A DNA stretch of 64,000 nucleotides from assembly GCA_943354605.1 (NCBI GenBank), contig CALRCK010000002.1:6280-70279 (forward strand). Direction: 5' to 3'. Shown piece after piece: positions 36,821 to 46,363 of the stretch. The number at the start of each line of letters is the position of its first letter. The first letter of the stretch is position 1. Source of the DNA: Candidatus Uhrbacteria bacterium (GTDB lineage: Bacteria; Patescibacteriota; Patescibacteriia; UBA9934). Under the pieces are notes generated by a model, which did no database searches, was not told the origin of the DNA, and was given only the letters and a program-made list of their open reading frames with translations. The position numbers were made by a program, and so were the translations under genes.

Positions 36821-37144
36821 TTAGGCCATTTGGAGGCGAACCTTGATGTGATCAACGTCTGTCCGCAGATCCGAAATCTGGGGAAGAATCCCTTCATCGA
36901 TGATCTCGGTGATTCCATCGATGATCTCCTCTTTGATTTCGTCCATTCGCTTCATCATCCGCTGTTCCGACGCAGAAACCGCGCCATTCACCACCGAATA
37001 CATCTCATCACGAATATTCTGTTTCAAGTCATCTATTTTCTGATCGAACCGAGCCTCAATCCGAACCTCCTGTTCTTTCAATGCGCTCGCGAGTACTTCA
37101 ACGAGAACATCCCGCGTGACCGCAACATCCTTTTTGCTTGCCAT
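36821..37144 (-). CDS. Hypothetical small coiled-coil protein, paralog A.
   Basis: A 107-aa protein. Its C-terminus (IIDGITEIIDEGILPQISDLRTDVDHIKVRL) is paralogous to the 39513-39773 protein. Confidence 0.4.
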   Translation of the reverse strand: MASKKDVAVTRDVLVEVLASALKEQEVRIEARFDQKIDDLKQNIRDEMYSVVNGAVSASEQRMMKRMDEIKEEIIDGITEIIDEGILPQISDLRTDVDHIKVRLQMA

Positions 37145-37325
37145 ACATACAAAAATAAAGAATAAGCGTCTCGTGGGGATAAGACTTCATCATGGTATCA
37201 AATACACGAACGCTGAACCAGTGGAAAACTCTCCGCTCTTTTTACAACAGATCTTCGGAGACGAAATCCTGAGCAATGCTGCAATATACCAAGATACGAC
37301 GAGAGATTCTTCTCATTGATTCGCC

Positions 37326-37772
37326 TCAGCATCCTTCGTTTCGTTCGCGTTCGATAATGACAGAAAGTTGAGACTCAAATCCGGATGGAAACATGACGGG
37401 AACTTCGACGGTGCCGAAATCCTTGATTGCATTCATCTTGAGATATTCGCGAGGAATCTTGAATCCAAGTTCCTTTAATCCCTTTCGCACGTCGTCCGCA
37501 GTGACCGGCTGTGCCGGAAGATTCTTCTCGACCTTCACTGGAATCACCACTTCCAGACCATCAACCTCGCCAGCAAGCTCGCGCTCCTCGCGTTCCGCCT
37601 TGGATTCCTTTGGGCGATCGTCGAGCGCCTTGTCGGCAGCCACCACGTCCTTCGTCGCTAAAACCGCAAGGTGTTCAGGGAAGAGGAAGCTTCGGGCGTA
37701 GCCTTCGGGGACGTCGACGATGGCGCCTTTGGGGCCGAGGGCGCGGACATCGTTGAGGAGGGAGACGAGCAT
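37326..37772 (-). CDS. rplI: 50S ribosomal protein L9.
   Basis: The N-terminal domain is MLVSLLNDVRALGPKGAIVDVPEGYARSFLFPEHLAVLAT. The C-terminal domain carries a Glu/Lys-rich linker. Confidence 0.85.
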   Translation of the reverse strand: MLVSLLNDVRALGPKGAIVDVPEGYARSFLFPEHLAVLATKDVVAADKALDDRPKESKAEREERELAGEVDGLEVVIPVKVEKNLPAQPVTADDVRKGLKELGFKIPREYLKMNAIKDFGTVEVPVMFPSGFESQLSVIIERERNEGC

Positions 37773-38287
37773 AGACGTAACGCTTTCTTAATGATGTGGA
37801 TCATGTCGCGATAACTCGAACGACGGAGCAGGTCTCTTGCCGGAACCCAGCCCACCGCGCGAATGGTCTCGCCTTGGTCTTGCGGCGTTGGCCGACGCAC
37901 CGCAGCATCTGCATCGGCTTCAAACAAGAAATAGTGAATGTATTTGTGCACCAACTTTCCTTTGTGCACAAAACGATCACGGAACCAAATATCAATCGTG
38001 TCCAGTCGACAGACCATGCGCAAACCGGTTAATCCCATTTCCTCGCGAATTTCGCGTGTTGCGCCGTCGCGATAGGATTCTCCCTGCCGAACATGACCTT
38101 TGGGAAACGCCCACTTCCCGTACGAGTCTTTCACCATGGCAAAGTATACCAGCCCGTTGACGCGCTTAAACACGAGGCCTCCAGCAGAGACCTCTGTGCG
38201 ATGACGTTCTTCTTCCCCTTTATTCCTTCGCGAGGAAATCGAGCGCCGCGTCGAATTGGGTGTCGTGGTTTGCATGAACGTCGTCAA
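37658..38287 (-). CDS. NUDIX hydrolase.
   Basis: It has the Nudix box GHVRQGESYRDGATREIREEMGL. The low-complexity C-terminal tail overlaps the rplI start by about 115 nt in another frame. The N-terminus overlaps the S41 protease stop, so the true start is probably internal. Confidence 0.65.
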   Translation of the reverse strand: MTTFMQTTTPNSTRRSISSRRNKGEEERHRTEVSAGGLVFKRVNGLVYFAMVKDSYGKWAFPKGHVRQGESYRDGATREIREEMGLTGLRMVCRLDTIDIWFRDRFVHKGKLVHKYIHYFLFEADADAAVRRPTPQDQGETIRAVGWVPARDLLRRSSYRDMIHIIKKALRLCSSPSSTMSAPSAPKAPSSTSPKATPEASSSLNTLRF

Positions 38288-39470
38288 TCGTCAGTGGGAC
38301 AACATCGTCTGGAGCAATCCCTTGTTTATCAATCGAACGCCCAAGCGGCGTGAGCCACCGAGCAACCGTCACTTTTACCGCGCCACCGTCCGGAAGATCG
38401 TGGTATTCCTGCACCGATCCTTTCCCGAACGTCTGTTCGCCGATCACTGTCGCTTCGTGGGTGTCCTGCAATGCCCCTGCAAGAATTTCTGCAGCAGACG
38501 CCGATCCTCCGTTCACAAGAACAACGGTTGGAATATCCTTCAAGCTTCCAGAGCCCGACGTTGGATATTCAGTTTTCTCCCCACGAACGTCTTCAATAAC
38601 CGCGGTACCGCCCTTCGGAATCCAGTATCCCGCTAAGTCGATTGCGGAGTCGAGCAATCCGCCTGGATTGTTACGCAAGTCGAGCACAATGCTCGTTGCG
38701 CCGTCTTTGACTGCATTCTCTGCAGCCTTCGCAAAAAGCGAAGAAGTGTCTTCATTAAACATCGAAATCGCAATCACTGCAACGTGGTCGTCCTTCATGG
38801 CGTACGTTACGCTGTCCACGGTAATTTCATCGCGAACAATCGAAATGTCCTGCGTTTCCGTTGCGCCGTCACGAAGAACGCTCAATACCACGGCAGTTCC
38901 CTTTTCTCCGCGAATATGGCTTACGGCTTCGTCGATGCTCATGCCATCAGTCGTAGTTCCATCAATCGCTGCGATAACGTCATTCGTTCGCAAACCGGTG
39001 CGATCTGCTGGCGTTCCAGGCAAGGGAGCGACAACGACAATCTGGTCGTCCTTCATGTCGAGCTGCGCACCAATCCCAAAGAAACTTCCCGCAAGTTGCT
39101 CGTCAAACGCTTTCGCGTCTTCTGGCGTGAAGTACGTCGAATACGGGTCGTTCAGACTCGCAACCATGCCGCCAATGGATCCGTAATAGAGGTTCTTCTC
39201 CGACACTGGCTGATCAACGTACGCTGAACGAACCAAGCGCCACACATCCCAGAATGTCGCAAAATCTGCGTCGGCACTCACGTCTGGCGGAATAAATCCC
39301 TGATTGGTGACGTGGCCTTCGCCAGCCGGAACAACAGCCTGTGCAGACTGATGCGAACCAAGCGTGTATCCAAGAGCGACACAAACCACCGCGACCAAAA
39401 CCGCACCGAACGCTTGCAACGGCGCCGCTAACGGAGAACGAGAAAAACGCATATGGGAGAATGGTAACAC
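38220..39470 (-). CDS. C-terminal processing peptidase (S41, CtpA-like) with a PDZ domain.
   Basis: It has an N-terminal TM helix, a PDZ domain and an S41 catalytic region (LVNGGSASAAEILAGALQD) with Ser/Lys dyad context. Confidence 0.85.
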   Translation of the reverse strand: MLPFSHMRFSRSPLAAPLQAFGAVLVAVVCVALGYTLGSHQSAQAVVPAGEGHVTNQGFIPPDVSADADFATFWDVWRLVRSAYVDQPVSEKNLYYGSIGGMVASLNDPYSTYFTPEDAKAFDEQLAGSFFGIGAQLDMKDDQIVVVAPLPGTPADRTGLRTNDVIAAIDGTTTDGMSIDEAVSHIRGEKGTAVVLSVLRDGATETQDISIVRDEITVDSVTYAMKDDHVAVIAISMFNEDTSSLFAKAAENAVKDGATSIVLDLRNNPGGLLDSAIDLAGYWIPKGGTAVIEDVRGEKTEYPTSGSGSLKDIPTVVLVNGGSASAAEILAGALQDTHEATVIGEQTFGKGSVQEYHDLPDGGAVKVTVARWLTPLGRSIDKQGIAPDDVVPLTIDDVHANHDTQFDAALDFLAKE

Positions 39471-39512
39471 AAGACCAACTGCTTCCGAAATCGAACGGAA
39501 TTCGGAACAATC

Positions 39513-39773
39513 CTACGCAACGCGTTGCTCTAAACGAAAAACTCGTCCCTCAAGATCGTCAATCTGTGGAACGATATCCCCTCCAATGAATTCAGTGATC
39601 TCAGAAATAATTTTGTGCTCAGTGGCACGAAGAAGACCACGGACTTCGTCACGAATCTCACATTTCTGAATCACAAGAAGCGACCGCATCTCCTCACGAA
39701 GAATGGCGTTGTTCTCGACAAACTTCCGATCGAGGACTTTCTCTATCATCTGAAGATCTTTTGCACTCAGCAT
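39513..39773 (-). CDS. Hypothetical small coiled-coil protein, paralog B.
   Basis: The C-terminus IISEITEFIGGDIVPQIDDLEGRVFRLEQRV aligns with paralog A. The start is chosen at MLSAKDL. Confidence 0.4.
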   Translation of the reverse strand: MLSAKDLQMIEKVLDRKFVENNAILREEMRSLLVIQKCEIRDEVRGLLRATEHKIISEITEFIGGDIVPQIDDLEGRVFRLEQRVA

Positions 39774-39916
39774 ACAAATATATGCTACGCAGTCCACCTG
39801 GGCGATCCCTTCCTCGCCTCAAGGCCACGAGTATAAATATCATGCACATGGGATTGCGAATATCGTATCATGCGACGACCCTCGAATCAACGTATTGATT
39901 CTGTTATACTTTCTTC

Positions 39917-41110
39917 ATGCACCGGCGAGTACGTAATGGAATCTTCTTCGTTTTTGTAACGATTTTCGTGATTGGGGCACCAATCATCGTTTTGTATACC
40001 GCGGGATATCGGCTCAATATTTCAACGTGGCGCGTTCAGCGCACCGGAGTTATCGCCATTTCCACACTCCCCCGCGGTGCAAGCGTCACCATGAACAACG
40101 CATTGATCGCCGACAAAACGCCGTACGTTGCGCAGCGCCTTACCCCGGGCGACTACGACGTGTTGCTCCAAAAATCCGGATATCGATCATGGAACCAACA
40201 TGTGAGCGTCGGAAGTGGGTCAACCACATACATCACCGCGCTCCTGTTCTCCGACACCAAACCCGAACTCCTTCTTGAAGAGAACGCGCTTTCGGTGGTT
40301 GGCGACAAGAGTGGACGATTCGTTTATCTCCTGGTTGCAAACGGCGACACGCACGAGGTGTGGCGGTACGACACCGTTACCCGGCTTCAGCGCCTGGTCA
40401 ACGACAGTGTTGGCAACACCACGTCGTCTATCGCACTCAATGCCGATGAATCCGCTCTCATCATCCAGCAAGACAGCCAGCGCGCGCCAACGTCGGAAAT
40501 CGGCATTTCCGCAGACACCGGAACGCCCCTCAGCGCCACAGAACTCGCAAACGCGACGAATGCGCTTCCGGAATATTCGTTCTTCGATAACGGCTCGAAC
40601 GTGGAGATGCGTCTTGCGGGCACCGATACGCTCGTTACACTTCTTCCTCCAAGCACATACACTGTCGCGTTCCGAAACTCGTCGATCGCGATACTCAAAG
40701 ATACTCGTAATCGAGCATATCTCGTCGATTTCAAAACAGATACTGTTACGCAAGTTGATCTTCCCACTCCATTGCTTTCCGAAAGCTCAACCGAAAGTCT
40801 CGTTGCAGCTTCCGACGGCAACGAAATCGACGTCTACGACCCGCAAACCGGAGAACGTACGTTCGTTGCACGACAAAGCGACCCCATTCTTGCACTCGCA
40901 TGGCATTCAAGCGATCGCGCGCTGCTTTTTGCCACCGGATCAAAAATTGTCGCTATCGAACGCGATAAATACGAAACTCGAGAAACAACGACACTCGTCG
41001 ACAATGCGTCAATCGTGAATATGTGGCCCGACACCACAGGAAAAAGCCTCACATTCTTCGGAACCGTGAACGGCATCACCGGAATTTGGAAAGTGGCACT
41101 CACGCAATAA
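39917..41110 (+). CDS. PEGA-domain protein with a C-terminal beta-propeller-like (TolB-like) region.
   Basis: It has an N-terminal TM helix. The PEGA-like segment is PRGASVTMNNALIADKTPYVAQRLTPGDYDVLLQKSGYRSW. Repeated strand motifs follow. Confidence 0.5.
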   Translation: MHRRVRNGIFFVFVTIFVIGAPIIVLYTAGYRLNISTWRVQRTGVIAISTLPRGASVTMNNALIADKTPYVAQRLTPGDYDVLLQKSGYRSWNQHVSVGSGSTTYITALLFSDTKPELLLEENALSVVGDKSGRFVYLLVANGDTHEVWRYDTVTRLQRLVNDSVGNTTSSIALNADESALIIQQDSQRAPTSEIGISADTGTPLSATELANATNALPEYSFFDNGSNVEMRLAGTDTLVTLLPPSTYTVAFRNSSIAILKDTRNRAYLVDFKTDTVTQVDLPTPLLSESSTESLVAASDGNEIDVYDPQTGERTFVARQSDPILALAWHSSDRALLFATGSKIVAIERDKYETRETTTLVDNASIVNMWPDTTGKSLTFFGTVNGITGIWKVALTQ

Positions 41111-41629
41111 CTATTCCGTCTTCAGCGCAAATGTTGCAAACATAATTGCGATCGTCTCGTCGTCAATCTCGTCGGATGCCACAATCACGACGCCGTCGTG
41201 ATACGAGATAACGTATTCCGTGTGATTGTTCCCAATAACATATTTTGCCGCAGGATAATTCGAGATTGTCACGTCTGTTGGTGCGCGATATCCGTCCGCA
41301 TCGCGAGCAATGGTGAACGCATCGAGCGATAGTGCTTCCTGCGTTACAAGAAAATACGTTTTCTTGTCGTCAGCACCGCTTGGGAGAAACCACACCGCAC
41401 CGTCGTCTCGCGTGTGCACCTCAAAATCTTTTGGATACCCAACGCTCCACGCATCAGCACGATACGTCTGCCAATCCGGCGGAAGCAATGCGGAGTGCTG
41501 TTCAATATTCCCGCTTCCTTTTGTTGAAAGAAAAAACTGTGCAAAATATCCAAACCACGTAAATACCGCGACGGCAGCAATAGCGGAACACGACGCGAGA
41601 ACCCAGAGCATTTTTGGCGGGCGCTTCAT
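41111..41629 (-). CDS. Hypothetical membrane-anchored protein.
   Basis: A 172-aa protein with one N-terminal TM helix. No motif was recognised. Confidence 0.4.
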   Translation of the reverse strand: MKRPPKMLWVLASCSAIAAVAVFTWFGYFAQFFLSTKGSGNIEQHSALLPPDWQTYRADAWSVGYPKDFEVHTRDDGAVWFLPSGADDKKTYFLVTQEALSLDAFTIARDADGYRAPTDVTISNYPAAKYVIGNNHTEYVISYHDGVVIVASDEIDDETIAIMFATFALKTE

Positions 41630-41641
41630 GAACTCATTGTA

Positions 41642-42748
41642 CTACCAGCGAACAATGCTCTTCAACAGCAAAAAATAAACCGAAAGAATCGGATTCACCA
41701 CACGAGTCATTATCTTGCTCTCAACCTCCTGAGACACCACAACACCGACCATGTTTTGCAGCATCTCACGATCGGATCGAGTCCGGATCGACCGGACGAA
41801 TCGGCGCCGATCATAAATATATTTCCAGGTCGATCGCTTCCAAAAGAAACCCCATGATCGCAGCTTTTCTTTCCACCAACCAGACCGAAAAGCAAAAAAC
41901 AACGTTCCAAGCTCCATCACAATCATCGGCGGAGCAATGAAGACGAGCGTTCCGGTTCTGTAGTTACAAAAATTCGTCAGGTGCCGATTCCGTTCCATCC
42001 AAAAAAACTTTTTCATGCTTCGTGAAAAATCGTATCGATGATAGACGACGGAATTATCGGCGTACCCAACATCGGATCCGGCAAGCCGTGCCCGCCAACA
42101 TACGTCGAGGTCCTCGTGATACATGAAATACGACGACACAAACATATCGCCGATCATGTTGAACACACCCGTCCGAATCATCGCCCCGGCTCCAGACGCG
42201 TAAAACATCGGTAACCCACCTCGCTGCTGCTCAATCGTGAGCGTCGAGTTTCGAACGTCGCCGTTGGCAAGGGAGAATCCAAAGCCCAAAAAGTGCATCG
42301 CATTCCCAGCGGAGTTATACCGATCCGGCGTTTGCGCACGCATAATGCGGGACTGCACTGTCGCCATATTCGGATTCGATTCCGCGTATTGCACGATCGA
42401 CCTCAAAAAATCTGCATCAACATACGCGTCCTGGTTCAACAAATATACGAACTCTGGATTCCGATCACGGATCGCCTCGTACAACTTCATGTGCCCGCCA
42501 GCAAAGCCAAGATTCTCGTCGTTGAAAACGCAAACGACTTCGGGTAACTCCATTCCACTCCGAGGCTTCACTTTTGATTCAAGGTATTCTCGAAGATTTC
42601 CAAGTGCCGACGGTTGATCAATCACCGCAAGAACCCACCCACCTTCTGGCGCACGGGTCTTTGCAAGGCTGTCAAAAAGCTCATCGAGTTCAGCCTCAAT
42701 GCCTTCTGTTCGATACGTGATAATCTGCACGATGACCTTTACGGACAT
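41642..42748 (-). CDS. Family 2 glycosyltransferase with a C-terminal membrane region.
   Basis: It has the GT-A fold with a DxD motif (YHEDLDV) followed by hydrophobic C-terminal helices. Confidence 0.7.
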   Translation of the reverse strand: MSVKVIVQIITYRTEGIEAELDELFDSLAKTRAPEGGWVLAVIDQPSALGNLREYLESKVKPRSGMELPEVVCVFNDENLGFAGGHMKLYEAIRDRNPEFVYLLNQDAYVDADFLRSIVQYAESNPNMATVQSRIMRAQTPDRYNSAGNAMHFLGFGFSLANGDVRNSTLTIEQQRGGLPMFYASGAGAMIRTGVFNMIGDMFVSSYFMYHEDLDVCWRARLAGSDVGYADNSVVYHRYDFSRSMKKFFWMERNRHLTNFCNYRTGTLVFIAPPMIVMELGTLFFAFRSGWWKEKLRSWGFFWKRSTWKYIYDRRRFVRSIRTRSDREMLQNMVGVVVSQEVESKIMTRVVNPILSVYFLLLKSIVRW

Positions 42749-42751
42749 AGG

Positions 42752-43585
42752 CTACGATTTTGTCGCGATTGCTTTCCCAGAAAACGGACGCCATTTCCAC
42801 TGATACCGAAGCCAACTCATGATATGTGCGCGAAGTGGACGATTGGTGAAAAGATTTTTGATGTATCCGCCCGGCGTCGCCGAAGCCTTCCCGTACGCAT
42901 GGTGCAACACCACGTCTGGATAATAATACACTGGACGATGATGCTCCCACGCCCTGCGGCACAAATCGATATCCTCAAAGTACATCCAAAATTGGTCATC
43001 GAATCCGCCGAGCTCCTTGTACAGAGACGAAGAAATAAACATTGCTGAACCCTGAACCCAATCAACAAGCCGGCGATCTCGAAGAACACGCTCGCGCATT
43101 AAAAAATGATCAGCGTATTTCCGTCCAAACGCGGTATTCGCTAACAGTGTTCGCTGCACAATCGGCATGTACCAGTTTGGGAACCGACGATGCGTTTCCT
43201 GAAGCTCCCCCGTGAGATGATGAATGCGAGGAGCAACAATTCCCGTCCACGGCCTCTCGCGCATAAACGTGTGCAAACGATCAAAAATTGTCTCGTCCAC
43301 CAACACCGTGTCCGGATTCAACAAAAAGAAAAACTCTGCATCAACTTCTTGAATCCCACGATTACATGAGTTCCCGAATCCATAATTTTTGTCGCGGAGA
43401 ATAATCGTCGCGTTCGGCAAATGCGCTTTGACGAGTTCGTGTGCGCGAAGATTTGGCGATCCGTTATCGACGAGAACAAACGCAATATTCAGCGACGATG
43501 CTGCCATCGCGCGCACGATCGACGGTAGGCAGTCGTCGACGATCTTGTTGTACGACACCATGACAATCGCAATATCGTACCTCAT
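42752..43585 (-). CDS. Family 2 glycosyltransferase.
   Basis: It has the N-terminus DIAIVMVSYN, the motifs DNGSPN and YFEDIDLC, and a stop/start overlap with the downstream gene. Confidence 0.8.
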   Translation of the reverse strand: MRYDIAIVMVSYNKIVDDCLPSIVRAMAASSLNIAFVLVDNGSPNLRAHELVKAHLPNATIILRDKNYGFGNSCNRGIQEVDAEFFFLLNPDTVLVDETIFDRLHTFMRERPWTGIVAPRIHHLTGELQETHRRFPNWYMPIVQRTLLANTAFGRKYADHFLMRERVLRDRRLVDWVQGSAMFISSSLYKELGGFDDQFWMYFEDIDLCRRAWEHHRPVYYYPDVVLHHAYGKASATPGGYIKNLFTNRPLRAHIMSWLRYQWKWRPFSGKAIATKS

Positions 43586-44484
43586 ACGTGTTTTGCAAAA
43601 AAATATCGGAGTGTTCGCCAAAGAATCATTGGCTTTGTGAAGAGAAAAAATCCAATCTTCGCAGCCTCAAACGGAAGAATGGCCCAGCCATCACGCAACC
43701 AATCGCGCCACGATAAATGCCGGGTTAAGTTTTTCCAATGGTTTCGATACGACAATTCTTGAAATCGCGAGCTGACGCCCTTGTGAAATATCGAGAATTG
43801 AAATGTCCGAAAATGATAGGCGACAACACCAGGAACTCGCGCCGCCTTCATACCAATCTTTTGCATCCGATACGCGACATCCACGTCCTCCTTGTACATG
43901 ACAAACGCCGGATTAAAAAGCATTATTCCGAGCGCAGAACGGCGATACATCGGAAGACAACCGGAAATCCCAAAAACCGGGACGCTGTACGCCGTGCAGT
44001 CCTCAAGCGCCACGCCAGAGGCAATGTCATACACCTTATGCGATCGGGCCTTTGCGAGGCCTAAGGAATCGATAACATTCGTAAATTGCGGTTGATGCTT
44101 CGTATCCCACGTCCATCGAAGAATCGTTCCAGCCGCAGCCGCAACATCGGCGTGGTTTTCCATGAATGCTCGGACGTTCGCGATGTATGCCGGAGTAAAA
44201 AGAACATCCTGGTTCACTAACAACACAAGCTCTTCGTCGTGCCGCTCGTACATTTCTTGATGCGAGACTGCAAAACCGATATTCACGCCAGAAACAAAAT
44301 CTACGCGACGATGTGTGGCAAATTCAGCCACAAGAGTTCGCGTCTTCGTCAATTCATCCGCCGTTGATCCGTCGTCGCGAACCCGAAGAATCCAATCCTG
44401 ATCCGTCTGCGCCGCGAGCGACGCAAAAAGGCCCGGTAAGAATTCGGAACCATTGTACGTGGAAAGGTGAAGGGCGAGGCGCAT
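43582..44484 (-). CDS. Family 2 glycosyltransferase.
   Basis: It has LHLSTYNGSEF, DDGSTD and a DxD-like YKEDVDV motif. Confidence 0.8.
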   Translation of the reverse strand: MRLALHLSTYNGSEFLPGLFASLAAQTDQDWILRVRDDGSTADELTKTRTLVAEFATHRRVDFVSGVNIGFAVSHQEMYERHDEELVLLVNQDVLFTPAYIANVRAFMENHADVAAAAGTILRWTWDTKHQPQFTNVIDSLGLAKARSHKVYDIASGVALEDCTAYSVPVFGISGCLPMYRRSALGIMLFNPAFVMYKEDVDVAYRMQKIGMKAARVPGVVAYHFRTFQFSIFHKGVSSRFQELSYRNHWKNLTRHLSWRDWLRDGWAILPFEAAKIGFFLFTKPMILWRTLRYFFAKHV

Positions 44485-44487
44485 AGA

Positions 44488-45267
44488 TTACGCAGTGTGG
44501 AATCCCCACTTTCGGAAATACTTCCACGCACTCGTGAAAAACATTCGCTGCTTCTTCCACACGGAAACCTGAGCAAAACTCTTCCCCACAAAGTCACGAC
44601 ACACTGCTTCGGCGCAATATCGGATACGCAATCCGTTACCGCGAACGCGACGACAAAAATCAACTTCTTCAAACCAAATGAAGAACCGTTCGTCGAGCAT
44701 ACCGACGTACTGCAGAATCTCGCGCCGGAATGCAAAGTACGATCCGCGAATTTGCTCGACGTCTTGTGACGTCGCGTAATCAAAATCCGTCGCAAGATAT
44801 CGGTCGTTCACGTGCGGAAAAAGATGTGGGAGTTTCAACAGTACTGCGAGCTGGTCTCGCCATGTTGGATTCCGCCGAACGGATCGAACCACGTCGCCCT
44901 TGTCGTCAAGGAGCCTCACCCCAAGAACGCCAATATCGCGATATTCCATGAGTTGACGGTGGGTGAGCTCCAATGTTCCCGTCTCTACTCGCGTGTCGGG
45001 ATTCAAGAGAAGCACAACATCGCCCTTCGCCATCCGAATCGCTTGGTTACACGCCTTTGCAAAACCCGCATTGTAATCATTTTGCATCAAATGGACCCAA
45101 GGAAATTCATCACGAACCATGTGTGCAGAACCGTCTTTCGATCCATTGTCCACCACAAACACCTCAACCGAAAAATCCTCGCGCCGCAATACAAAAAGTT
45201 GCGCAAGATTCTGTTTGAGCAAATCACGAACGTTCCAGCTTACAATGACAACAGAAATTTTTGGCAC
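44488..45267 (-). CDS. Family 2 glycosyltransferase.
   Basis: It has ISVVIVSWN, DNGSKDGS and FEEVDFC. The start is chosen at an internal GTG (MPKISVV) to avoid a 32-nt overlap with rfbA. Confidence 0.75.
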   Translation of the reverse strand: MPKISVVIVSWNVRDLLKQNLAQLFVLRREDFSVEVFVVDNGSKDGSAHMVRDEFPWVHLMQNDYNAGFAKACNQAIRMAKGDVVLLLNPDTRVETGTLELTHRQLMEYRDIGVLGVRLLDDKGDVVRSVRRNPTWRDQLAVLLKLPHLFPHVNDRYLATDFDYATSQDVEQIRGSYFAFRREILQYVGMLDERFFIWFEEVDFCRRVRGNGLRIRYCAEAVCRDFVGKSFAQVSVWKKQRMFFTSAWKYFRKWGFHTA

Positions 45268-45271
45268 AACG

Positions 45272-46345
45272 CTAAAGTTCGATGGAGGAATTATCGCCGG
45301 CAATCAACCGATGGCCACGTGGCGGATAGCTCGCTGCTTTCGTAATGGTCGCATTCTGACCAAGGAGACTGTCGACAACATGACAATCCTTCACCGTTAC
45401 GCCCGAAAACACGATCGTATTTTCAATCGTCGCTCCGTGGATTTTTGCATCATTTCCGATCGATGAATACGGTCCGATGTAGCAATCTTCAAGAACGACA
45501 TTCTCTCCAATCACCGCAGGACCACGAACAATCACATTCCGTCCAACAACCGTTCCCTTCCCCACTGAAACGTCTCCACGAATCACCGCAGTCGAATCAA
45601 CGGTGCCCTCATTGCGAATTTGCCATGTTTGACGATCGTTCAACAATAACGCATTACCTTCAAGAAGATCTTTTGGCGTCCCCGTATCCTTCCACCAACC
45701 CGTAATCTCTTCAAACCCGATATTCGCACCGTGATCGATCATCCAGGTATGTGCATCAGAAATCTCGAACTCACCGCGCGGGCCAGCAACGATAGACTCG
45801 ACTGCATCAAAAATCTTGCTGTTGTACAAATAAATTCCCGTCACAGCGAAATCGGAAACGTACTCCTTCGGCTTCTCGATCACTTTCGTAATGCGTCCGT
45901 TTTCAATCACTGGCACGCCAAAACGCTGCGGGTCCGGAACGCGAGAAAGTGCGAGTAAGCCATCAAGATCGCCTTTTTCAAATCGCTCAATGAATCGTCG
46001 GAGACTCCCAAGAATAATATTGTCGCCAAGATAAAAGACAAACGAATCTGTTCCAAGGAACGACTTCGCGTTCTTGACGATATGTGCCAAACCGAGTGGC
46101 CCACCCTGCTGCTCAAGGTAGGTAATTTTTGCGCCGTACGCAGCGCCGTTGCCAAACACCGCAGAAATTTCCGTATCACCCGGGTTAATATTGATGCCGA
46201 TTTCGGTGATTCCCGCATCCACAAGCTTCTCAACAGCATTCGCCAGCATTGGCTTGTTCGCAAGCGGGATCAGATGCTTATTTCGCGTCCAGGTAATTGG
46301 ACGCAATCGCGTTGCCCGTCCCCCAGCAGCAATAAGAGCCTTCAT
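45272..46345 (-). CDS. rfbA: Glucose-1-phosphate thymidylyltransferase, long form with a C-terminal left-handed beta-helix.
   Basis: The N-terminus is MKALIAAGGRATRLRPIT, the nucleotidyltransferase G-x-G-T-R motif. Hexapeptide repeats follow at the C-terminus. Confidence 0.85.
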   Translation of the reverse strand: MKALIAAGGRATRLRPITWTRNKHLIPLANKPMLANAVEKLVDAGITEIGININPGDTEISAVFGNGAAYGAKITYLEQQGGPLGLAHIVKNAKSFLGTDSFVFYLGDNIILGSLRRFIERFEKGDLDGLLALSRVPDPQRFGVPVIENGRITKVIEKPKEYVSDFAVTGIYLYNSKIFDAVESIVAGPRGEFEISDAHTWMIDHGANIGFEEITGWWKDTGTPKDLLEGNALLLNDRQTWQIRNEGTVDSTAVIRGDVSVGKGTVVGRNVIVRGPAVIGENVVLEDCYIGPYSSIGNDAKIHGATIENTIVFSGVTVKDCHVVDSLLGQNATITKAASYPPRGHRLIAGDNSSIEL

Positions 46346-46363
46346 ATACGTGCAGGTTATCAA

